Assembly: GCF_009834535.1 (NCBI RefSeq)
Contig: NC_045696.1
Span: 30,816,001 to 30,880,000, forward strand
Source of the DNA: Camelus ferus
Lineage: Eukaryota
Direction of reading: 5' to 3'
Length of the DNA: 64,000 nucleotides
Positions 24,866-35,053 of this stretch are shown piece after piece. Made by a program: the position numbers and the translations under genes. The notes below the pieces were generated by a model. That model was not told the origin of the DNA. It did not search any database and saw nothing but the letters and a program-made list of their open reading frames with translations. Each line of letters starts with the position of its first letter. The first letter of the stretch is position 1.

Positions 24866-27800
24866 TTTAAAGGTGAAAATGAAAACACGACTTTCGAAAG
24901 GTGCGGGAAAAAGTGAAAGCAGTGCTTAATGGGAAGTTTATAATATTGAATGCATTTATTAGAAAAGGAAAAGCCCTAAAATCAATAATCTAAATTTCCA
25001 CCTTATGAGACTAGAGAAACAAGAGCAAATTAAATGCAAAGTAAGCAGAAGGAATAAAAAGTACAAATTAAAACAGAAAAAATTAAATTGGAAATAGGAA
25101 ATCAATAGAGAAAAATCAATGATACCCAAACTAATTCTTTTTAGAGATTAATAAAATGATAAGCCTCTAGCCCTGCTAACCAAGAAGAAAAGAGAAAATA
25201 CAAATTAATAATATCAGTTTTGAAATAGGGAACAATACAGATCCCAAAACATTAAAAGCATAAATACAAAGTATTATGAAGAACTCAGTGCCCATGAATT
25301 TGATAACCTGGATGAAAACAATCAATTCTTTGAAAGACACAATCTCCCAAAACTCATACAAGAAGAAACAATCTGAATGGGCATGTATCTATTAAAATAC
25401 TTAATCACTAATTAGTTGCCTTCCAAATCCAAAAGCATCAGGCCCAGATGGGTAAACTGGAGAATTCTACCAAACATTTAAGGAAGAAATTGTACCAGTT
25501 CTGTTCAACCTCCTTCAGAAGCTAGAAGGGAAGGATACTTCCTAACTGATTCTATGAGGTCATCATTACTGTCATGAAACACAGCAAACATTCTGCCCTC
25601 CCCCCCCCCAAAAAAAACCTATAGACCAGTATCTCTCATGAATATAAACACACATTTTTTCAACAAAATAATAATAAATTGAATCCAACAATATACAAAT
25701 ACTTATAAAACTCTCCAATTCGGATTTGTACCAGGAATGCAAGACTTGCTCAACATTTAAAATCGATTAATGTAATCACATCAGTAGGCTAAATATGATC
25801 ATATCAATAGACACAAAGAAAAAATGTTTTGTTGGACAAAATACAGCATTCATGATAATAGCTTTCAATAAACCAGTAATAGAGGGAAACTTCCACAACT
25901 TGATCAAGAATATCTACCAACAACTGTAGCTAACATTATACATGATGATTAGAAACTTGAAGCTTTTTCCCTAAGAGTCAGGTATAAGGATAGGCTATCT
26001 CCTTTCACCACTCCTTTTCAACACTATCCTAGAAGTTGTACCTAATGCAATAAGAAAGGCAGATAAAAGGTATACCAATTGGGAAGAAAGAAATGAAACT
26101 GCCTTTGGTTATAGATTATATGATAATCTACATAGAAATTCTGAAAGAAACGAATAAGCAAAGCACTCCTGGAACTAGTAACTGATTGTAGCATGTTGCA
26201 GAATACAAGGTTAATACAAAAAAGCCAATTGCTTTTTTGTATATCCACAATAAACAAGTGGAATTTGAAATTACTAATACGATTTACATTAGCACTCACA
26301 AATGAAACACGTAGGTACAAATCTCACATTTATGTACAATATCTACATGAAGGAAAATACAAAACTCTGCTGAACATCAAAAAAGAACTAAACAAGGGAG
26401 GGATAGTCCATGTTCATAGATTGAAAAATAACGTCAAGACGTAAATTCTCCAAATTTAACTTACAGACCCAAAGCAATAACAAGCAAAATCCCAGCAAGT
26501 TAATTTGTGTCGGTACTGACAAACTGTTTCTAAAGTCTATAGAGGCAAATATTAAGAAGAGTCAATACAATATTTAAGAGGAACAGTGTTGGGATACCAA
26601 CACTATCAAGTTTACTATAAAGCCACAGCAATGAAGACAGTGTAGTGTCAGAGAAAGCACAGAAATATAGCTGAGCTAAACGGAGTAGAGAGCCCAGAAA
26701 CAGACCTATACTAAGTATAGTCCACTGATTCGTGACAAAGAAGCAAAGGCAATATAATGGAGTACTGACAGTCTTTTCAACAAATGGTCATGAGAAGTGG
26801 TCACCCACATTAAAAAAAAAAAAGAATGTAGACACAGACCTTACACTTTCCAACAAAAATTAACTCAAAATATGTATCACAGAGCAAAATGTAAAAAACA
26901 AAATTAATAAATTCCTAAATTTAACAAAAGAGAAAACCTAGATGACGTTGGGTATGACTACGTTTTTAGGTATAGTAACAAAGACAGGTTTCATGAAATA
27001 AAGAATTAATAAATTAGACCTCATTAAAACTTCTACTCTGTGAAAGACAAGGTCAAGAGAATGAAAAGATAAGCCACAGACTGGGAGAAAATATTTTTAA
27101 AAGATTCATCTGATAAAGGCTTGTTATACAAAACATACAAAGAGCTCTTAAAATTCAGTAAGAAAACAACCAACCTCAGTAAAAAAATGGCCAAATACCT
27201 TTGCAGACACCACGCTAAAGGAGATTTCCACATAGCAAATATGTATATGAAAAGATGTTTTATGCTATATGTCATCAGAGGAATGCAAATTAAAACAAGA
27301 ATGAAATACAGCTACACTCCTATTACAATGGCCAAAATCCAGAACATTGACACCACCAAATGCTTATTTCATGTAGACTCATAAAACTCTCATTTATTGC
27401 TGATGAGAATGCAAAATGGAATAGCCACTTTGCAAGACAGCTTCCTGGTTTCTTACAAATGTAAACACATTCTTACCACACAATCTAGCAATCTTTCTCC
27501 TTAGTTTAACCAAAAGGAGCTGAAAACGTACGTCAACATGAAGACCTGAAAGTGGAAGTTTTACAATGGCTTTATTCAAGACTGTCAAAACTTGGAAGCA
27601 ACTAAGATAGCCTTCAGGTGGTGAACAGATGTCTGTGGTACACCTAGATAATGGATTATTTTCAGCACTAAAAAGAGCAAGCAATCAAGCCTTGAAAAGA
27701 CATGGAGAAATTTTAAATGCATATTTCAAAGTGAAAGAAGCCTGTCTGAGAAGGCTATATATATATACTGTATGATTCTAACTATATCACATTCTATAAA

Positions 27801-28310
27801 AGGCAAAATTATGGAGACGATTAAAAGATCAGAAGTTGCCATGAATGTGTGAATGTCAGAGGGGGTGGCTGTTGAAAAGGGAGAGCAGAGTAGTTTTAGG
27901 GCAATGAAAATATTCTGTATGAGACTATAATTATGAATACCCGTCATTTCACGTTTGTCAAAATGCACAGAATATACAACACCAAGAATGAATTCTAATT
28001 TAAACTGTGGACTTTGGATGACTACGATGTGTTAATATAAGCTCATCAATTGTAAACAACGTATCACTCTGGTGGGAGATGTTGACACCAGGGAAGGCTA
28101 TGCATGTATGGGGACAGGGGACTTCACGGGAAATCTTTATACCTTCTCAATTTTACTGTAAACCTAAAACTTTCCTCCCAAATATAAAGTCATTTAAAAA
28201 TACGTTGTGCCATGTAGTCACCTGCCAATGGGTACCTTGTTTAGGAAAATTGTTTACTTTGAAGGAGACCTGGAAATCAAAGATTGCCATGCTCTTTTTC
28301 TCTCTTCCTC

Positions 28311-28351
28311 TTTTTTTTTTTTTTTTTGGTTGAAGTATAGTTGATTTATAA
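28311..28351 (-). mobile_element. Extremely truncated L1 3' tip (about 24 nt plus poly-A)
   Basis: T17 then GGTTGAAGTATAGTTGATTTATA; same terminus as the L1 starting at 15237. Confidence 0.7.
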
Positions 28352-31300
28352 ACTATTCTCTACTCTAACATAGTACATGAAAAGAGGCAGTAGTATGATG
28401 CTCAAACTATTCAATATTGGTTAAAAAACTGCACGCTAATATGTTGCCTATGGATTCTGTTACTTTGATAAAATTTATGGAAAGCAAACAGAAAATTACT
28501 TTGAATAAGACTTCCCAAGAACAAAGGCCTGCATACATGTGGGTCTACCATAGACTGCTAGGAGTACCTTTAAGGATTTGAAATGATCCTGGCTATTAAG
28601 ATAATTATTCCATTTTGACTGAAAAATATTAATTTCTTTGAAACATGAATTTATTATGTTTGTTCCATAATGAATCAGATTATTCCTTTTATTATGGCAA
28701 TTATATAAATGAGCTAAAAGTACCCTGTATTTCAGACTTAACATATCCCTTAAACTCAAAAGTTATTATTTGATTAAAAATTATAACCACTAATTACAAA
28801 GTAAAGTGTTAATAAAAATGGAGAAAGGTGGTGATAAAGACATTCTTGGCTGAATACATCATCTGAATATGATGGACTGTAAATTGATAATTCTTGGAAA
28901 GGTTTCTGAAGTGAATGTTGGAAATGATGCAATCACACAAAACTATTTTTATATATCATGTAATAAACCCATTATCTTATCGCAAAGTCTTGTACAAGTA
29001 TACAGTTATATTCACATATCCAGGCCAAAGGGGACATTATTGCTTAGTAAAGAATTTCAATTCCTTTGAATTTTTCTCTGCATATTCCTAAAGGAACAAT
29101 AGGCTTGTTCGGGAATTTATTTCATGTGGTTAAAATAGGACTTATTATAATATCTGCTGCACTGCCTAATTGTAGAAACAGTCTCATTATTCTTTTCTTT
29201 TTTAACCTGACTTCTTCCAGGAAATGATAAAAATGTAGACTCTGGCAAGTCTATTTGTGCTGTCTTCTGTGGGTGGGTATTAACGGCTGAAACAAAAAAA
29301 ATCCTACCTGGGGAAGTCAAGCCTGAAAAGAAACAGTTAACACAGAGAAAGAAATTAAAAAATTGTGGTTGAGTAGAGGGTATATATATGGGTAATAATA
29401 AAGGGAAAGGGTGCCATCATTTTTTTTCTGAGAAAATATCTCAGAAAATAATAACAACAACAACAACAATAATAATCCTCCTAGATCTTTTCAGCTGTGA
29501 AAAAACCTTTCCATGCAACCATTTTTGTTTATTGTTGTTGTTGTTATTTTTACCCCCGAGAAGAAGAACAGAATTGAAGCCAAAATATAAGATTTGTTGA
29601 AGGTCTATATGTAGGTGATTTAAATCAATGAAATCAACAAACAACTCTTGAGAACACAACTTTATTGTAATAGATTAGAATTATGCTTTTTAGTCATATT
29701 CTTACATTGGTTCTTTTGTGGTCTTGAGACACATTCTGCCCCTGAAACTGAATGCCTCATAGAGATAAGAAGCCTACACCTGACTATTACTTTTCTGTGA
29801 ACCAAGGTGGCATCCTGTTAAGGCAACTACCTAGGTGTGATGTGGAGGAATTAGAGAGGTTTCTTTTCACAATCCTTCGAGATCCAGTATTTAAGCAAAG
29901 TATGAAATAAAACCCTAGAGTTTCCTGATGACATTGTATTTCTATAAAATTTTACAAATACACTCACTTCCTATACTTATCTCATTTTAAACTGATTAAA
30001 AAAGGTGTTTCTTGACTGACATCTTCTATAGGTCAAACTAGGAGTAGCAATATATTACGGTAAAAATGACTGACTTTGAACATTAAATATATTTAACTAT
30101 AGACTGAAGAAAAAGGAAACAAGGATAAGGACTCTAATAGTATGTATATTACATGTCTAGCAATGAAGAAATATTACAACTAATGTAAACATGAGAAAAA
30201 GGAAGACGTTGAAAGCCTGATAAAATCTGTACATTTGACCCCTAGCTACTTGCTGATAATCAATTAAAACTGATGAATCAAAGACAGGGATTTGAAATCA
30301 TACAGAAGTAAAAAAAACATTACACTACCATAATACAAGGGAGTATTGGGTCGTTTGGAGAAGACAGCAAGGGGAGTTGTATAGAATTATTTACCATATA
30401 GTTGTAGTATTGCTCAGAGTATGGAATAGATAGTATCAAAATATAGACAAGACTAAAGATATTGTTTAAAAACCATCAATATGAATTCTGGTTCTAGAAC
30501 AAAATGGCATAAAATTACTGTTCCCAGCTTTTCCCTCTAAATACTCTGGAAATTATTCAGCAGATCATAGTAGAGGACTCTGAGATCTGAAAAGAAGGTA
30601 GACTGACTAGAGACAAAGACTTGAGTAAGAAAAACGTGCTATTTCCTGAGTTTTCTGTTTCCCATAAAATTTCCAATTGTGTGTCAGAGGGGCCTGCCAC
30701 CTGGTAAATCCAGCAGGTACAAATAAAACACCTCCAAAAAGCATTCTCTTTCCGGCAAAAGGATTTAGAAACAGGACGCCTAACAGAGACCTAATGGGGA
30801 CCCCCCAAACTCACTCTGAACTAAGGTTCCATCAGGTGGTCCTGGTCACTGGTAACAATGACAGCAGTAAAAACTCAGGCGAATCCCTGCACCACAACTG
30901 TTACACTGGTAAATGCCCCAACCTGTCCACAGCAACATTGGCAGTGATGCCCTGTGTCTCCTGGCAGTCCATCCAGCAGAATAAAGAGACCCCACCTCAG
31001 TGGGTTTGCCCTAAATCCCCTTGAAAGTTGCCCAGTAAAAGTAAATGGTCCAGGGGGGCACCTTCTGCCTCTGTAAACATCATTAAAAGGACTCAGAAAA
31101 AAAGTGTCTGTACTACTAGAAGAGTGAAGTAGACCAGAATATCCTTGCAAGGACTCAGAAAACTCAACTGTCCTGGAACTAGAGCCCAGCAAAGTAGAAA
31201 AGTGTGTCTATGCCAAATCTGAACAAAATAAATGAATGACAAAATAGAAGTAAATAGGATTAAAAGTTTCCCAAGGTAATAAAAAAAATCCAAGACACAA

Positions 31301-31659
31301 CTGAAAATCACTCAATATAGCAACACCCAGAAAAGCCAGAATTTAAGGTAAAAAAGATTAACTAATGCCAATGTAGAGATAAATCAGATATTGGAATTAT
31401 CTGACAAAGTTTTTAAAGTGACTTTCGTAAAACTGCTGCAAAATCAGCTGAAAATTGAGAAGCAGAATAAACCATAATTAGGAAAATTCCAAATAAATCC
31501 ACACCAAGAAAAATCATAAGTAAATTTTGTAAAACTAAAGAAAAAATCCTAAAAGCAGCCAAGAGAAATAATCCATTCTTTATAAAGAATACCGGTTAGA
31601 ATGACAACAGATTTCTGTGTGAGTCCATGGAGACAAGAAGACAGTAGCATAACATATTC

Positions 31660-31790
31660 CTTTTTTGACCCCCAAGTTTTTTATTTAACCAGTTAACATC
31701 TTTTACCATAGTTACAAACTTTTTTTTTTTTTTTTTTTTTTTTTGCTAATGGTGAGAAATTTTCGTATCTACTCTTGCGGTATTTTCAAA
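31660..31790 (-). mobile_element. Short L1MA9-like 3' fragment with poly-T, nested in the older L1
   Basis: AGTTAACATC...ATAGTTAC, a T25 run, then GGTGAGAAATTTTCGTATCTACTCT. Confidence 0.55.
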
Positions 31791-32181
31791 TGATGAAAGA
31801 GAGAAATTGTCAAACTCAAAACTATCCTTTAGGAACAATCTTTTCTTACCAGATTAAACATAAAGAATACCTAAAAAGAGCTTTCATAACAGAAAGAAAA
31901 TGATAGCAGAATGAGTCTGGGCTCTTCAGAATGCAAAGTAGAACAATAGATAGATAAAAATAGAAGTAACAAAGTAGAATATCATTATTAATTTTTAAAC
32001 TTATAATTTGTAATTGAAGCCAAATTTAAACACCATCAGATGTACTTCTCAATGTATGTAGAGGAAATAGTTATAGAACATTTTAAAAGATCTGATAGTA
32101 AAGAGACCTAAATAAAAGTGGGATTTCTACACTTCACCCAAAGTGGTAAGACATTAACACCAACAGGCTGTGATAAGATAG

Positions 32182-32217
<36 letters not shown>

Positions 32218-32250
32218 GTATATATATCTATATATATAGATATATATATA
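32182..32250. repeat. (GT)n/(TATG)n/(TA)n compound microsatellite
   Basis: Read directly. Confidence 0.95.
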
Positions 32251-33788
32251 GTAATATCTATATCAACCCCTAAGAAAATGATACAAAACAAAATACTAGA
32301 AACATTATAAATAAAATGAAAATATTCAAGTCATCTACAGAAAGCAAAGAGAAATGAAACAAAAATTAGAAACTTAGGAAAAAAACAAAAAACTAATAAT
32401 AAAGAGTTTCTCTGAAACTCTAGTAGAATAATTAGTCTAAATGTAAATGTTTAAAGACACCAAACAGAAGACAGAGATGAGCAGAGTACAGAAAACAGGC
32501 AATTATGTTCTGGGTATAAAAAACGTATTTCAAACTTAACAATGTAGATTGGAAGTAAAAAAATGTAATAAGCTATAGCATGCAAAAATTAAGAAGAGTA
32601 AGAGTAACTATAATATCAGCTAATGAAAAGTTCAAATGAAAAACTACTAGAAACGAAGTGGGACATTACATAATAATAAAAGCATCTATGTATTAAAAAG
32701 ATACAGTAAGTCTAAATACGTACATATCAAAGACTAGAATTTCAAAATACATAAAATAAAAACCGATAGACTTGAAGTATATACAATATCATATTTAGAG
32801 TTGAGAACTTCAACAACACACTCTCAGATTTTGCTAGAAATATACAAAATCAATAAGGATATAGAAGTGAGTATCATCAGACAACAGGATCTAACAGATA
32901 TTATAAATTACACTATCCATCAGCAAAATACATATTCTTTTCTAGTGCCCATGGAATATTGAGCAAAACTGATAATAATCTGTGTCATATAACAAATCTT
33001 AATGTATTTAACATAATAGAAATCATACAGTGTATATGATCTAACAAAATGGAACAAAACCAGAGATCAGTGACATAAAGGCAACAGATAAATCCCAAAC
33101 ACTTAAACAATTTTTAAATAATCTATGGATTAAAAATATAAAAATAAAATACATAGAATGGAATAAAAACACATAGAACTGAATAAAAATGAAAAATAGC
33201 AAAAATTGTAAGATACAATAAAGTGGTGCCTAGAGGAAAAGTTAGAGCACTAAATGCTTACATTAGAAAAGAAGTCCCAAATCAGTAATCTAAATTGTTA
33301 CCATAAGAACATAAGAATAGAGTGAATGAAAATGAATGAGATGGAAGAATGTGTATGGAACTGTACATTTTGCTTGAGTCATGATAAAAAAAAATCAATG
33401 ACAGTATTTCTTTAGAACAATTTTGTGTTTTCTCTAGAGTATTCACTTCTGATGGAATTGATTTTTCTCAATCACTGTCAGGGTTGTTCTGTGTATTTCA
33501 CTAACAACAATAGCTGTTCTCATATGACAAAATTTATAAAATATTCCCAGGTGAGAATAGATGTGACATGTAATATAGGTATATCAATCAAGACATTCTT
33601 ACTTAAAATTACCCTAAAAGTAAACTAAAATTGAATATGAACATATATGTGATAATATATCTTAATGCCATTAACACTAAATTATTCATCTTATATGTGT
33701 ATATGCCCACACATATATAGTTGTATATAATAATGTGAATAATAAAAGTTAAACAAAATTATCTTAAAATGTACATTCATTAGAGTTC

Positions 33789-34093
33789 TTTTTCATTTTT
33801 GTCATTATAGTTGACTTAAATAATATGTAAGTTTTAGGTGTACAACATAGTGACTTGATCTTTCTATAGACTATGTACCACATAAATTTATAATAATACT
33901 ATTGACTATATTCCCTTTGCAGTACTTTACATCCCCATGAATTATTTACTTTATAACTAGTAGTTTGGGTCTCTTAAACACCTTCACCTAAGTGTTGACA
34001 GACTGATAAAGATTACATACTTATACATAAAAATATATATGTGTATATTTATATATATATACACATGTATGTGTATATATATACATGTTTATA

Positions 34094-34128
<35 letters not shown>

Positions 34129-34373
34129 GTATGTAATGGATGTTACTCAGCCATTGAAATAATAAAATCTCGCCATTTGTGAGTGACAACATGGATAAAC
34201 CTGGAAGGTGTTATGCTTAGTGAAATGTCAGACAGAGAAATCCAAATACTGTAAATTTTCACTTACATCTGGAATCTAAAAAACAAAGAAAAAAATACAG
34301 CAAAACAGAAATAGACTTACAGATAAAGAGAATAAACCAGTGCTCACCAAACTGGAAGGGGTAATGGGTAAAA
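33789..34373 (-). mobile_element. L1 3' insertion with 5' inversion
   Basis: 33789-33990 is an antisense L1 terminus and 33991-34373 is the adjacent upstream L1 segment in sense orientation. Confidence 0.85.
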
Positions 34374-34384
34374 CAGTTATGTTG

Positions 34385-34754
34385 TTTACTTGAGTCTTTG
34401 TGATAATCATCAGAATTCCCCAAAATTCTTCATTTTCTCTCTTGTCAGTCCTGTTAAGCACTGACCAAGTGACTCATTTTAGCCAAATAACTTACAGCAG
34501 ATAATATGGTCATTTAAGGGTTTAAGAACCAATACGTAATTTTATTTTGTTCTTTATGTACTTTGGTATTCATGAAAACATAGGTTGAGATGAAGCTATC
34601 ATCAATATGGGTTCTTGAGTGACTATAATAAATACGACCCTAGCACTCCCTCAGGTGAAATAAATGAATGAGGAGGTTTCACTGTGTTTAGCCACTGAGA
34701 CGTTGAAACTGTTTAATACTACAGCATATATTACAGTATCCTAACAGAATAACA
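34385..34754 (+). mobile_element. Old MaLR LTR (MLT1I/J-like)
   Basis: GGGTTCTTGAGTGACTAT...GTTTAGCCACTGAGACGTTG...TACAGCATA...ATCCTAACAGAATA. Confidence 0.65.
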
Positions 34755-34899
34755 CAAGGTGAATTCATCATGAATGAAGATTATTTTATCAGTCATGTTA
34801 TATATTTTTTCCTTGCATGGAATTATTGCTGAGATTACAACTGTAATATGGTGAATATTTATATAAACAATAAGTCATCAGAACATTATTATTTTCGTG

Positions 34900-35053
34900 C
34901 CTATAGTATGAGCATCACCTAACACAACTTTGGTGACATTCCTGCTCTGCTTTGTACATGTAGTGTGGTGGAGAAATTAATTTTTGCTAGGTTAAGCCAC
35001 AGAACTTTGAGATTGAATGTTATTGTAGCATTTCCTTAGGCTTTACTGACTCA
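34900..35053 (+). mobile_element. MLT1 LTR 3' fragment
   Basis: ACATGTAGTGTG...GAGAAATTAATTTTTG...GTTAAGCCACAGAACTTTG...GTTATTGTAGCA. Confidence 0.55.

Larger units (their letters stand above)
18296..28195 (+). mobile_element. Essentially full-length ancient L1MC (L1MCa-like 5' end, L1MC1-like 3' end), interrupted by nested insertions
   Basis: 5'UTR motif CTGTAATTGATGAACTGCTGGATGCTCAG; ORF1p-like remnant (ORF 19607..19858: IIFKLQK...NFSLETIPVRREWKEIFELL); ORF2 remnants; 3' end GGCTATGCATGTATGGGG...AAACCTAAAAC; degenerate TSD AGAAATATGTGG (18284-18295) / AAAAATACGTTG (28196-28207). Confidence 0.85.
30485..33315 (+). mobile_element. Ancient L1 5' half (L1MDa-like 5'UTR, ORF1, endonuclease region)
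   Basis: TTCTGGTTCTAGAACAAAATGG start; ORF1 motifs AAATCCTAAAAGCAGCC and GAATGACAACAGATTTCT; ORF2 motifs CATATTCTTTTCTAGTGCCCATGGAA and GCACTAAATGCTTACATTAGAAAA. Confidence 0.75.

Noticed and set aside
30677..31192. Overlapping ORFs in a locally GC-richer patch
   Set aside because: They lie in the 5'UTR of the L1MDa-like element, which explains the GC content
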